Assembly: GCA_963845145.1 (NCBI GenBank)
Contig: CAWJQU010000016.1
Coordinates: forward strand, 60,689-124,688
Reading direction: 5' to 3'
Source of the DNA: an uncultured delta proteobacterium
Lineage (GTDB): Bacteria; Desulfobacterota; Desulfobacteria; Desulfobacterales; QNYZ01
Length of the DNA: 64,000 nt
Shown: one piece after another, positions 50,366 to 61,127 of the stretch
Layout: each line of letters opens with the position of its first letter
Position numbering within the stretch: the stretch's first letter is position 1
Translations under genes and position numbers: made by a program
The notes under the pieces: model-generated
The model's input: the letters and a program-made list of their open reading frames with translations, nothing else
Database searches by the model: none
What the model was told of the DNA's origin: nothing

Positions 50366-51001
50366 TCATCGAATAAAATTGGTGGCAATTTTATCAACCC
50401 TGGCCGGCGGAGAAACTTTTGTGCTTCCTGCTTCGATCACCTTCATCAACCAAGCCATATTTCTGCCGAGTACCGCCATAATCTGTTTGCCTTCAGCGTC
50501 CTGCTCCATCTCACCAGGCACCGTGCCGTGGGCTACATTCCAGTAGTTGGCACTCGGCATGAACATTTCAGAATATGTAATATAGTGATTCAGGGTATCT
50601 ATGGTCGGAAGACCACCGGACCGCCGCACGGCGGCAACGGATGCACCGACTTTGTGACGAAACAGATTACCGTTCATGCTGCTAACGAAAAAGGCCCGAT
50701 CCAGAAAAGACTTAATGGTGCCGGCCGCACCTGAAAAATGAACGGGTGATCCTAATAAAATACCATCGGCGGCTTTCATTTTCTGAATCCATTCATTTAC
50801 CGGATCATCATCAAATACGCATTTTTCGTTTTGTTCTTTGAGGCATGTATAACAGGCCATACAGCCCCTTATTTTGTGTTTTCCCACAAGGATCATCTCG
50901 GTTTCGATGCCTGCTTTGTTAATCTCTTCAAGCACCGTATTCAGGCAACCCGTTGTATTCCCCTTTTTCCGAGGACTTCCATTGAATGCAACAACTTTCA
51001 T
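50366..51001 (-). CDS. Iron-sulfur flavoprotein (Isf/NADPH-dependent FMN reductase family)
   Basis: GSPRKKGNT, CMACYTC..C, GSPVHF and RRSGG. Confidence 0.9.
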   Translation of the reverse strand: MKVVAFNGSPRKKGNTTGCLNTVLEEINKAGIETEMILVGKHKIRGCMACYTCLKEQNEKCVFDDDPVNEWIQKMKAADGILLGSPVHFSGAAGTIKSFLDRAFFVSSMNGNLFRHKVGASVAAVRRSGGLPTIDTLNHYITYSEMFMPSANYWNVAHGTVPGEMEQDAEGKQIMAVLGRNMAWLMKVIEAGSTKVSPPARVDKIATNFIR

Positions 51002-51198
51002 AAACCCTCTCCATTTATTAATGATTTAAATAGGATAATTATTTTTGAGCCCAAAACAGATGATTTCATCTGAACTATTTCAAATGAGTTGTAAAAGTGA
51101 ACTTAATGTCTTAATGCACTTGCTATTGAAATTAATTATCACGGGAATTCCGGATCTCGCCTTTCTGAGTAAAAAGCTTTCTTTAATCTATAGACCAA

Positions 51199-51759
51199 CT
51201 ATCCAACAATCTTTCTGGCAAATTCGATGGCTTTTTGCTGAACTGAATCATCTAGTTCATCAGGCGTTGTGCAGGAACCAATAAAAAGTTCTCCTGCATT
51301 AATAGCCTTGTGATATTTTTGCATTCGTCCAAAAGCGGTAATCATGCCTTCTGCATTATCATCATATGCACCTGCTCCAGTTGCGACGAGAGCCTGTCGT
51401 TGGCCATCCACAAGAGAGGTATGCTCCGGCTCTTTGGTATAAAGGCTATATGTTCTGTCAATTATTGTCTTTATTTGGGCACTAAACCCCCAAAAATATA
51501 ATGGAGAACTAAAGATAACCAATTGAGAATTAATCATTTTTTCCAGAACTTCCGGAACATCATCTTTTTGTACACATCCTATAGAATCCGATTTCTCCTT
51601 ACACTTGCCACATCCCAGACAACCTTTTAGATTCTTGGGATGTAAGTAAATACTATCAACATCATGACCGAGATTGATAAGTTCTTTTTCAACCCAAGTT
51701 AAAACCCTGGCTGTATTCCCCTTTTTCCTGGCACTACCCTGTAAAATAGTTATTTTCAT
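51199..51759 (-). CDS. Second iron-sulfur flavoprotein (flavodoxin family)
   Basis: GSARKKGNT, CLGCGKC..C and SSPLYFW. Confidence 0.88.
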   Translation of the reverse strand: MKITILQGSARKKGNTARVLTWVEKELINLGHDVDSIYLHPKNLKGCLGCGKCKEKSDSIGCVQKDDVPEVLEKMINSQLVIFSSPLYFWGFSAQIKTIIDRTYSLYTKEPEHTSLVDGQRQALVATGAGAYDDNAEGMITAFGRMQKYHKAINAGELFIGSCTTPDELDDSVQQKAIEFARKIVG

Positions 51760-51799
51760 TGTAATTCCTTTGTTAAATGTTGTTTTTTCGTTCTTATCG

Positions 51800-53404
51800 C
51801 TACTCGACGATTCGTACGCGGCCGTCCGGAGGGGCCGGATTCAGCATCTCGTTGTTTGACGCGGCCTCCGCGATGATGGAGTAGAACGTTGAGTAGGTGT
51901 TCTTCACACCTTGGCCGTATCGCTTAAACCAGAAGTAGCTATCTCCCGCGTGTTTCACGATGAAGCTGTTCGAGAGCAGCGAGTACGTAGCGTTGGGATC
52001 AAGCGGCGCCCAGGATCCGTCGTCACCTAACACCTTGACAGACCTAATGCGTGACCCAGGAGTCGTCACGGCCCACTCTCCCGATACTGCCTCCTTGATC
52101 ACCTGTGCCGCTCCATTCAGATCAACTGTATACTTGAGTCCCGACACGTGAAGCCAACCGCCCTCGCCGTACGATGCAGCACTCCGTTCCAGCACCTCGA
52201 GCAGATACCTTCCATTGAGTTTGAGCGAGTATGCGTAGTTGCCGAACTCGTCGATCTCCTTAAGCATCACGTCAGTCAGTGGCCCGGCGGGATAAACTGT
52301 TTTTCCGCGGAACGCACCCGCGTTATTGACCACGATGTCGACACCGAATTTCTCCCGCATGTGGTCGTTTACGAGATTGGCAACAGGTGATTCGCCGTGT
52401 CGAATGGTCTTTTTCCGAAGATCCCAATCGACGTCCGTTCGGCCGAGGACAATCGCGTCCGGGAACAATTTTTTGTAGTCTTCCAATATGGCCTTGATCG
52501 CCGGGTCAGGGGCGATTGATTCATCGATGGAAACGAGCTCAAATCGAGGCGTCTTCAGTTCAAGTCTCCCAAGTTCGTCGGTCGTTACGTCGAGTCTGAC
52601 GAGTGCCGAGCCTTTCTCTCCGCCGTTGACGATGAGTGTCCCGTCCGTTCTGAGAACCTTCGGTATGTAATCGTGCGAGTGGCCACCGAATATGATATCG
52701 ATGCCTGGCACCGCCTGCGCCAATCTGAAGTCCGCATCTACACCTATATGAGTGACCGCCACAATGACCTGCGCTTTGTTCTCACGAAGCTTTCGGACTG
52801 CGTTGGTTGCAATCTCGAAGTTATTGCCCGCCAATTCGATGCCGTTAGCACTCGTCACGAATGGGAAATCCTCAGTCATAAGCGAGAAAAATCCAACTTT
52901 TAGCCCATCGTAGTCCCGGATGTACCATGGCTCACAAAGCCCCTCGAGAGCGGTTCCCTCGACGACAAGGTCTGTACATAGGCTATCAAACTTCGCGTGA
53001 TCGAGCGCCGCCGCGAGGACCTCGGGTCCCTTATCGAATTCGTGGTTTCCGAAGGCGTAAATGTCGTAGCCCGCCATCGACATGAGCTTGAAGATGGCCT
53101 CACCTTTGTACGTGTGGAAGTAACGGTTCATCAGATCGTCACCGGCGGAGATTACAACGACGGGGCTCGGGCTCTCTTTGACAATTTCGCGAATGCGCGT
53201 TCCGATCCGGGCAATGCCTCCCATATTGACCGATTCGAGTACCCCATCACCATCGTGGTCCGCCTTGCCGGGGACCGGTTCGAGCAATCCCTGCAGATCA
53301 GCCGTACCGATGATTGTAAGTTTGTGCCCTTTAGGCGCGTGTGCGCATGCTGCGAGTAAGGCGATCATGAGCATCAGCGCCCCAATAGTTCCGTAGCGTC
53401 TCAT
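51800..53404 (-). CDS. 5'-nucleotidase/calcineurin-like metallophosphoesterase lipoprotein
   Basis: LAAC lipobox, GTADLQG, SAGD, GNHEFD, THIG, GGHSH and NAGAFR, plus the 5'-nucleotidase C-terminal domain. Confidence 0.88.
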   Translation of the reverse strand: MRRYGTIGALMLMIALLAACAHAPKGHKLTIIGTADLQGLLEPVPGKADHDGDGVLESVNMGGIARIGTRIREIVKESPSPVVVISAGDDLMNRYFHTYKGEAIFKLMSMAGYDIYAFGNHEFDKGPEVLAAALDHAKFDSLCTDLVVEGTALEGLCEPWYIRDYDGLKVGFFSLMTEDFPFVTSANGIELAGNNFEIATNAVRKLRENKAQVIVAVTHIGVDADFRLAQAVPGIDIIFGGHSHDYIPKVLRTDGTLIVNGGEKGSALVRLDVTTDELGRLELKTPRFELVSIDESIAPDPAIKAILEDYKKLFPDAIVLGRTDVDWDLRKKTIRHGESPVANLVNDHMREKFGVDIVVNNAGAFRGKTVYPAGPLTDVMLKEIDEFGNYAYSLKLNGRYLLEVLERSAASYGEGGWLHVSGLKYTVDLNGAAQVIKEAVSGEWAVTTPGSRIRSVKVLGDDGSWAPLDPNATYSLLSNSFIVKHAGDSYFWFKRYGQGVKNTYSTFYSIIAEAASNNEMLNPAPPDGRVRIVE

Positions 53405-53671
53405 TTCTCTCTCCCCCGTGTATCCGCCACCGGCCACCAGACCCGGCATTCATTCACCATCTTCCGTATACGACAGCAAATGGTAGAATTCAAGCCCGTC
53501 CGTTTTATTAAAACCTTATCATCTCAATATCGTGCGCCATTCCTTTGCAATAAATTGCTCAACTTAGGTAATAGATAATGAGAATAACCACGTGTTGACC
53601 TCAATCAATGAATATGGTTATCTCCAGTATCGTTTTTTGCGCGATATTGAACATCAGCTTGGAAGACAATA

Positions 53672-54592
53672 TTGATATTTACCCAATCAGGTGAAGTAAA
53701 AGATGGTTTTTATGTGACGGGCTCCTCCGATGTTCCCTGTTATTTAATAGACGCGGAACGACCCGCATTGTTTGACGCCGGTTTCAGTTGCCTTGGACCG
53801 GCTTATGAAAAACAAATTAAAAAGTTTTTGGGCGAACGACAACCGGCATATTTATTCCTTACCCATGTCCACTTTGATCATTGCGGCGCGGCTGCATATC
53901 TAAAGCGTGTTTTTCCAGACATGAAAATAGCGGCTTCGCCCCAGGCAGCCGCAATCCTGACCCGGCCGAATGCGGTCAAGCTGATCGGCGAATTGAATCA
54001 GATCGCGGCTCAGGCCATGGTCGAATGGGGCAGTCCACCCGGATATCCAACCGGCAATCCAATCGCGTTTAAACCGTTTAACATTGACATTGAAGTAAAG
54101 GATAGCGATCGGTTCGATTTGGGGGGTGGCTTAAGCGTGCAGGTTCTGGCCACCCCGGGGCACACCCGGGATTTTCTCAGTTACTATATGCCTGAAAAAA
54201 AGATTCTCGTTTCCTCCGAGGCGGTGGGGTGCCATACAGGGTATAAAGACTGTATCGTTTCTGAGTTTGTCTCCAGCTACCAGGACTATGTGGATTCCAT
54301 GAAAAAACTGGCCACACTTGATGTGGAAATTCTCTGTCAAGGACACCATAGAGTGTTCGTAGGAGATGATGTGAGGATCTTTTTAAAAAATTCCATAGCA
54401 GCAGTTCAAACATTCAAGGAACAGGTTTTGATATGGCTGGAAAAAGAAAATGGGGATGTGGATCGGGTGGTCCTCCGGGTAAAGGATTTTGAATATGATC
54501 ACAGACCCAATCCGAAGCAGCCCGAGCCCGCATACCTGCTCAATACACGGGCCAGGGTTAAACATCTCAAGGCGGAATTTACCTCGGAATAA
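53672..54592 (+). CDS. Metallo-beta-lactamase fold hydrolase
   Basis: THVHFDHCG, TPGHT and QGHH; TTG start. Confidence 0.88.
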   Translation: MIFTQSGEVKDGFYVTGSSDVPCYLIDAERPALFDAGFSCLGPAYEKQIKKFLGERQPAYLFLTHVHFDHCGAAAYLKRVFPDMKIAASPQAAAILTRPNAVKLIGELNQIAAQAMVEWGSPPGYPTGNPIAFKPFNIDIEVKDSDRFDLGGGLSVQVLATPGHTRDFLSYYMPEKKILVSSEAVGCHTGYKDCIVSEFVSSYQDYVDSMKKLATLDVEILCQGHHRVFVGDDVRIFLKNSIAAVQTFKEQVLIWLEKENGDVDRVVLRVKDFEYDHRPNPKQPEPAYLLNTRARVKHLKAEFTSE

Positions 54593-54896
54593 AACGTCTG
54601 TTTTACCTGCTTCTTCGGCCATTCTATATGGTTGTACATTTGGAAATCCCGTTCAAAATTTTCGCATTCCGCGGTCTCACAATCTCCAAGACCTGATGAT
54701 ATCACAGTTTTTTAACCTTGAGAAAATATAAGATTTTGGATAAGATTATTTCGGCCATTGGGGCACGATTATCTCAATTTATGTCGCGGGTTTTGTTATG
54801 TTGTGGGAATTCAGCTTATTTCATTCATTTTCTTCTTTCTAATACTAAAAAAGTTTATGTCATTCTTTTAATTCCTTTCTAAGCCACCTGACTCCG

Positions 54897-54905
54897 TGGT
54901 ATAAT
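54897..54905 (+). promoter_or_regulatory. Extended -10 promoter element
   Basis: TG-G-TATAAT, a perfect extended -10, in a long intergenic region. Confidence 0.5.
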
Positions 54906-55792
54906 ATTTCAACGGGAGAAAGGGACAAGTAATAAGGAAAAAATCCTTTATCCCTTGCTGTTTGAAAAGCTGTGTTTAGTGGGCTTTAGGCTAAAGGAGA
55001 AGCAATTCTCATGGAACTCGACCCAGGATTGAAAGGAAAACCGGAAGTCCTATTAAAGGGCCTTACCACTTTGTTAAGATGGTTTGGAGTTCAACCGCAG
55101 GGGTGTCCTGCCTGGTTGGAATTATGTTGCGAACAAATATAACAAATGTGTAATTAACTTTGTAACCTATTTTTATTGTTCGGAATAATGAAATATTTGG
55201 CATTCGTTAAAAATCACTACAATTTCAATAGGATAGGAGCACTCGCAACATAACTCAATCAATCACCATACGGAGATTCGAGGTTTATTAGCGTAATCGA
55301 CGGTTACAGAGGAAATAATAAAACCACAACATCTTGTGCCTACCTTAATCAAGAACTCATTACGTCACCGCATAAAGATCAACACCCCAAAATGGGTCCA
55401 ATAAACTAAAGATTTCATAATATTGTCAAAATGTTATAAGCTAAAGACTCCAATCCATAAAGTTTTAAGTCATTGCAACTCTCTGGAAATGTACAAGTCT
55501 TCATACCCGATATCGATTGCCCGATTGCCGTTAGCGTTTGTAGTCTTTAGCGTTGTACAAATGAGCTTTAAAAGGTGCTCGGACACCTTTGCAATAGATT
55601 TTGCCACCTCCCGTTTCTATCTGGTATTATTCCCTTAACGCATTCCAGTATGGTCGGATAGAATTATCCTGCTGACTATAATCTGATTGTCCTCAAATAT
55701 AATATTGATCTAATAACCCCCGTCTCCCAAATTTTGTTGTTGCTTTTAACGTTTGCCGGAAGGACACAAAATTTGTGCTTCTTACGGCCTTA

Positions 55793-56689
55793 TCAAGAGG
55801 GAAACGTCCAGTTCTTAAAAGCCTCCCTGACAGCTTTGCGAAAATCGTAAATCGGTTTCGATTGTATCTGTGGGGAGGGATATGCCAAAGCGTAAGTCAA
55901 TTTCAACCGCGGACGAAACGGGCGCAGCGTAACCTCGTTGCGCCAGTGTTGGGCGGCGAAAGGTTCCATCAAGCCGACACAGAGGTCCTGGGCAATCATG
56001 GCGTAACCCGTGTGCGAGGTATGATAAGCCGCTACGTATCTGGGTTCTACGCCGGCTTGCTGAAAGATTTGCTCCTCCTCCTCCCAAGTGAGCGGTCCGG
56101 TGGGCAGGGTTTTTAACAACGGTATCCCGACCAAGTCTTCGGGGACAATGACTTCTTTCGATGCCAGTGGATGCGAAATAGGTATGGCGCAGTAATTTTC
56201 GGTTTCGAGTAACGTTTCCATTTCAATGCCGGTGATAGGTGGGAAGGCGAGGGTTGCGGCTAAATCAACTCGCATTTGTTGTATCCGTTTTAGGAGATCC
56301 GTGACGATTACCGTATCAACATTGATCATAATCGTGGGATGATGGACGCGAAAGGCTTTAATGGCAATCGGCAACAGGGTTGCCGACAAAGCGGGAGTAC
56401 ATGCAATTTTCAATTCACGAGGTTCGCTGCGGCGAATTCTCTCAGCTGTCCGATCCAGACGTTCAATGCCCAGAAAATTCTGCTCAACTGCATCATAAAA
56501 ACGCCCGCCCGCTGTGTTCGGCTGCAGACGTCCTTTTATGCGGTTAAAAAGTGTGAAGCCCAGTTCCTCTTCCAAGGCGATGATCAAGCGGCTGATTGCA
56601 GGCTGGGAGATAAACATACGACTTGCGGCTTCCCTGGTGGTCCCGGTCAAGATAACATGCCGAAAGGCCTCGAGCTGTCTGAAATTCAT
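55793..56689 (-). CDS. LysR-family transcriptional regulator
   Basis: MNFRQLEAF...AASRMFISQPAISRLIIALEEELGFTLFNR; divergent from the opp operon. Confidence 0.94.
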   Translation of the reverse strand: MNFRQLEAFRHVILTGTTREAASRMFISQPAISRLIIALEEELGFTLFNRIKGRLQPNTAGGRFYDAVEQNFLGIERLDRTAERIRRSEPRELKIACTPALSATLLPIAIKAFRVHHPTIMINVDTVIVTDLLKRIQQMRVDLAATLAFPPITGIEMETLLETENYCAIPISHPLASKEVIVPEDLVGIPLLKTLPTGPLTWEEEEQIFQQAGVEPRYVAAYHTSHTGYAMIAQDLCVGLMEPFAAQHWRNEVTLRPFRPRLKLTYALAYPSPQIQSKPIYDFRKAVREAFKNWTFPS

Positions 56690-56788
56690 TGAGTTAGATC
56701 CTTCCCCGCTAGTGATTGGTCATCCAATTCATAATTACAACGTCGGTAAAGCGATAATATTTGCGCATACACCATGCACTTATATGAC

Positions 56789-56818
56789 TTGACATTATAA
56801 TTTTCCCGCGTATAGCAT
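56789..56818 (+). promoter_or_regulatory. Probable sigma-70 promoter for the opp operon
   Basis: TTGACA (56789-56794) followed by TATAGC/TAGCAT at 56811-56818. Confidence 0.45.
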
Positions 56819-57079
56819 TTATAAATGAAAAAATAAAATGTTATTTATTTTCTTTTAGAAAAATCATTCCTTGATAGATTATCCATAATAATTTCATGCG
56901 GCCGAAGGCAGAACACCACAGGTTTGACCGCAGATGAACGAGCCATTTTAAATATTATAGCACGAGCAGACGTCATATTATTTTATCGGCCTCGCATGGC
57001 GTTGTGACCGTAAGGACTCCGGTTTCAACCGGGGGGAATCTATTTTCGAATAACTATTAACACAGAAATAGGAGGGATT

Positions 57080-58703
57080 ATGAAAATTTTATCACCCAGG
57101 TTTATATTTTGTTTAGTAATAATTTTGCTGTGTTCTGCTGTAGTAACTTTCGCTGGTGACCAAGCCACAGATGCCGAAAATCAGATTATTAGAATCGCCC
57201 TTAATCAGGAACCCCCCCAGCTCAACAGTTTTCTCACCGAAGATTCGGTCAGCATGATGGTGCTGGGCCACGTCATGGAAGGCTTGTTGTGCTATGACAG
57301 GCGGGGGCGGCTTGGCACCGGGGGTTGCTGAACGCTGGGACATCGATTCCAAGGGGGCGACTTTCTACCTGCGAAAGAATGCCCTCTGGAGCGATGGAAG
57401 GCCTGTAACCGCCAAAGATTTTGTGTTCGCCTGGCGCATGGCGGTTGATCCGAAGGTGGCCAGTGAATACGCTTTTATCGTGTACCCGGTGAAAAATGCC
57501 GAGGCTATTAATACAGGTGAAATAAAAGATCTCACCCAACTGGGCGTCAAAGCCATCGACGATTATACCCTAAAAGTCGATTTCGAATATCCCTGCGGCT
57601 ATTTTCTGGGCCTGGCCGCTTTTTCGACCTATTTTCCCGTACGGGAGGATTTTTACAAAAGCATGGGCAGCAAATATGCCGCCGAAGCCTCCAACCTGCT
57701 GTACAACGGGGCTTTCAAGCTGACCAAGTGGGTCCATGGTGCCTCCCTGAGAATGGAAAAAAATGAAAATTACTGGAACAAGACCGCGGTTACCCTTAAA
57801 GTCATCGATTGTCCTTACATTACGGCCGATACCACGGCCCTGTTGAACCTTTTCAAAGACGACAAAATTGTTGTGGCTGAGCTGGATTCCGAGACTATCA
57901 AGACGGCTATGAAAAGCAAAATGAAGATTCGCAAGTTCGACAGCGGCCGCTTACGCTACATCGTCTTCAACCACCGCGAGGACAAAGTAACTGCCAACCT
58001 GAACTTCAGAAAAGCCCTTCGTGCGGTTTTTGACCCCCAGTTGTTTGCCGACAAGGTAGTCGGAGTTCCCGGCACCCTGCCCGGGCGCAGCGTCATGATG
58101 TCTTTTCTGGAGGGCGTGAATGACAAATTTCGTAAAGAATATCCGGTCCCGATACACAAAATCGATAAAGCGGCCGCCAAGGAATTTCTGGCCAAGGCAA
58201 AAAAAGAGCTTGGTATCGACACTTTTCCACCCCTGGTACTGCTGTGCGACGATACCCCTTCGATTGCCAAGATGGGTGAATACCTGCAGGGCTTGTTTAA
58301 CGGTGCCCTGAGTCTGGATATCAAACTCGACAAACAGATCTTCAAACAGCGCCTGGCCAAAGCCAGTGCCGGTGAATTTGACATGGTGATCGGCGGTTGG
58401 CTGCCGGATTACGACGATCCCATGACCTATGCGGAACTGTTTGCCTCCTGGAACGCGAACAACTCCGGCAAATGGAAAAACGCGGTGTATGACGAGAATA
58501 TCCGCATCGCCAGCAATTCAGTCGAGCCGAAGGTACGCATGGATGCGTTCGCTAAATGCCAGCAGGCCATGTACGACGATATCGGGATTATCCCTTTGTT
58601 CGAAGGCAGTATCGTCTATGTTCAGCACAAAAATGTTAAAGGGATCAGCCGTTCGGTAACCGGTTTCAACCCCAATTATATCTATACGAAGATCATCAAA
58701 TAG
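57080..58703 (+). CDS. oppA: Oligopeptide ABC transporter substrate-binding protein, frameshifted near 57313
   Basis: Signal peptide and QEPPQLN..EGLLCYD in 57080..57331, continuing in another frame as APGVAERW, WSDGRPVTAKDF, NGAFKL and GWLPDYDDP. Confidence 0.88.
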
Positions 58704-58774
58704 ATTGTCTGCTAACGTGCTGTGTCGGGCGGCCATGGCCTACCGGATACCCGACGCTCCCAAAGAGAGGCAAC

Positions 58775-59707
58775 ATGTTGAAATACATTCTAAAAAGAGT
58801 TTTATCAGGGGTGGTGACGGTGTGGTTTATCGCCACAGCCACCTTTATAGCCATGCATGCGGTGCCGGGTGATCCGTTGAGCAGTGAAAAAGAGGTCAGT
58901 CCGGAGATCCGCAAAAACCTCGAAATAAAGTATGGCTTGGATAAACCCGTCATGACCCAATATTTCATCTACTTAGGCAACATGCTCAAAGGTGATTTCG
59001 GGATCTCTTTCACCCAGCAAAACCGTATGGTCAACGACATCATCCGCGAACATTTTCCGGTTTCGGCCATTCTTGGGGTTTTGGCGATTCTTTTTGCCGC
59101 CTTGGGCGGTGTTCTTTGGGGAGCTTTGACGGCCCTTTACCGCAACAAGCTGCCGGATATCGTCATAATGTTCCTGGTGATTCTGGGTGTGGCGGTTCCG
59201 GGTTTCGTATTTGCCGCCCTGGCCCAGATTGCGATTGTACTAATCAATAAAGCGACGGGAACCTCCGTTTTTCCGGTGGCTGGCTGGGGCTCCATCATGC
59301 ATATGTTGGTGCCGGCGTTTGTTTTGGGTATCGGCACTATGGCTTATTTGACACGTTTGATGCGTTCCTCCATGCTCGAAGTCATTAATTCCGACTTCAT
59401 CCGCACCGCCAAATCCAAAGGTCTGTCCGCCACTCGAATTTTCTTTGTGCATCAACTTAGAAACGCGGTACTCCCGGTGGTTACCATTCTCGGGCCCGCA
59501 ATCGCCGCCATCACCACCGGTGGCTTCGTGGTTGAATTGGTGTTCGCCATTCCGGGTTTGGGGCGGTATTTCGTCGAGGCAATCCAGCAGATGGATTATA
59601 CCGTGATCATGGGCACAACCGTTTTCTACGGTGCTTTTCTGGTTCTGATGGTCACGTTGGTGGATATCGTTTATGCATATGTCGATCCGCGAATAAGACT
59701 AAAATAA
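58775..59707 (+). CDS. oppB: Oligopeptide ABC transporter permease
   Basis: PGDP, YGLDKP..QY, GDFGISF, RTAKSKGL, FAIPGLG and DPRIR. Confidence 0.93.
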   Translation: MLKYILKRVLSGVVTVWFIATATFIAMHAVPGDPLSSEKEVSPEIRKNLEIKYGLDKPVMTQYFIYLGNMLKGDFGISFTQQNRMVNDIIREHFPVSAILGVLAILFAALGGVLWGALTALYRNKLPDIVIMFLVILGVAVPGFVFAALAQIAIVLINKATGTSVFPVAGWGSIMHMLVPAFVLGIGTMAYLTRLMRSSMLEVINSDFIRTAKSKGLSATRIFFVHQLRNAVLPVVTILGPAIAAITTGGFVVELVFAIPGLGRYFVEAIQQMDYTVIMGTTVFYGAFLVLMVTLVDIVYAYVDPRIRLK

Positions 59708-59726
59708 GCAAAGAGGCAGAAAAAAG

Positions 59727-61127
59727 ATGGCGGAACATGCGTTATACAACCCGCAAGGGATAGATTTCGAAGGGGTAACGGTCACGAGCGATATTCAACA
59801 GTTGACCCGCCCATCGCTTTCATATTGGCAGGACGCTTGGGTGCGCCTGAGGAAAAACAAGCGCGCCATGGCCTCCTTGTGTATTGTCGTTACCCTGATC
59901 CTTTTTACCCTGGTCGGTCCGCTGCTCTGGCGGGTTGATCCGTCCGCGCAGGACCTGGATCAGATTTCACAGTTTATCACTTTCAATAAAACAGCGGTCA
60001 TTACCGAGTCTCAGACGGTCTGGGAAGGGGTTACTCTGGATAGTTTTCCGGCTGAACCGGAAGAGATACCGGACGAATTGCTGGCCAGTGCAAACGTCGA
60101 GGTCGTAGGCAGCTCCACCACCCAGGGAGTGCGCTTGAAGTGGGCCCCGGTAGAGGGCGCGGCCGGTTATGTGATCTACCGCAACGAAAAAGCACCCGAT
60201 CCCGATGATCTGGGTATCCCGGTGGGTGAAACCGATGCCGGCAACATCGTCGGCTATGAAGATCGCTTGAAACTCGAATCCCGTACCTATCATTATTCCA
60301 TAGTGGCCACCGATGGCATGGATGAGGCAGACACGCATGCGACGCTTGGTGTGACAGTTTCCCAGGGTATCACCCTGCCAGAGGCCCAGCGCCGGGGATT
60401 GGACGGCAACGTCGGTGAAACCGTCACATTGAAAGCGCATCCCCTGGGCACCGACTATTTGGGTCGCGATATGCTGTCGCGATTGATGTACGGCGCACGT
60501 ATATCCATGTTCATCGGTATCGTAGCACCGGTTCTCTTTGTCATTTTCGGTACGATCTACGGTGGCTTTGCCGGCTTTCTTGGCGGCAAGATCGATCGCT
60601 ATCTGATGGCCTTTTCCGATTTCGTAGTGGCCCTGCCGTTTCTGCTGTTCATGATCCTGTTTAAAATATCCTTTGGTATCGGACCGGGGGAAAGCGGGGT
60701 CATTCCCATGTTGATTGCCCTGGTGATCCTTTCATGGCCCGGAACATCACGTCTGGTCCGTGGGCAGGTCATGCAGCAGCGGGATGAAGGTTATATTCAA
60801 GCGGCCAAATTGTTGGGGGCCAAAAGCGGATATTTGATCATGCGTCACATGATTCCCAACACCATGGGGGTGATTTTGGTAGCGCTGACCTTTGCGGTGC
60901 CGACCTGTATTTTTACGGAGGCCTTTCTGTCGTTCATCGGCATGGGTGTCGCCCCGCCGACGCCGTCCTGGGGCTCGATGTGCAACGAGGGGATCAAAAC
61001 CATGCTCTCGCATCCCCATGAGTTGATTTTCCCGGCGGTATTGATCAGTGCGACCGTGCTTGCGTTCAATCTATTGGGGGATGGGTTGCGGGACGCTTTG
61101 GATCCCCGAATGAGGTCAAGAGAATGA
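59727..61127 (+). CDS. oppC: Oligopeptide ABC transporter permease with an FN3-like insertion
   Basis: SYWQDAWVRLRKNK, HPLGTDYLGRD, GARISM, HMIPN, LSFIG, PSWG and GDGLRDALDP; 466 aa because of the insertion. Confidence 0.92.
   Translation: MAEHALYNPQGIDFEGVTVTSDIQQLTRPSLSYWQDAWVRLRKNKRAMASLCIVVTLILFTLVGPLLWRVDPSAQDLDQISQFITFNKTAVITESQTVWEGVTLDSFPAEPEEIPDELLASANVEVVGSSTTQGVRLKWAPVEGAAGYVIYRNEKAPDPDDLGIPVGETDAGNIVGYEDRLKLESRTYHYSIVATDGMDEADTHATLGVTVSQGITLPEAQRRGLDGNVGETVTLKAHPLGTDYLGRDMLSRLMYGARISMFIGIVAPVLFVIFGTIYGGFAGFLGGKIDRYLMAFSDFVVALPFLLFMILFKISFGIGPGESGVIPMLIALVILSWPGTSRLVRGQVMQQRDEGYIQAAKLLGAKSGYLIMRHMIPNTMGVILVALTFAVPTCIFTEAFLSFIGMGVAPPTPSWGSMCNEGIKTMLSHPHELIFPAVLISATVLAFNLLGDGLRDALDPRMRSRE

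Noticed and set aside
56898..57040. Glycine or other riboswitch in the opp leader
   Set aside because: Only GCCGAAGG matches; the GGAGA and CTCTCAGG elements are missing and no other aptamer was recognised.
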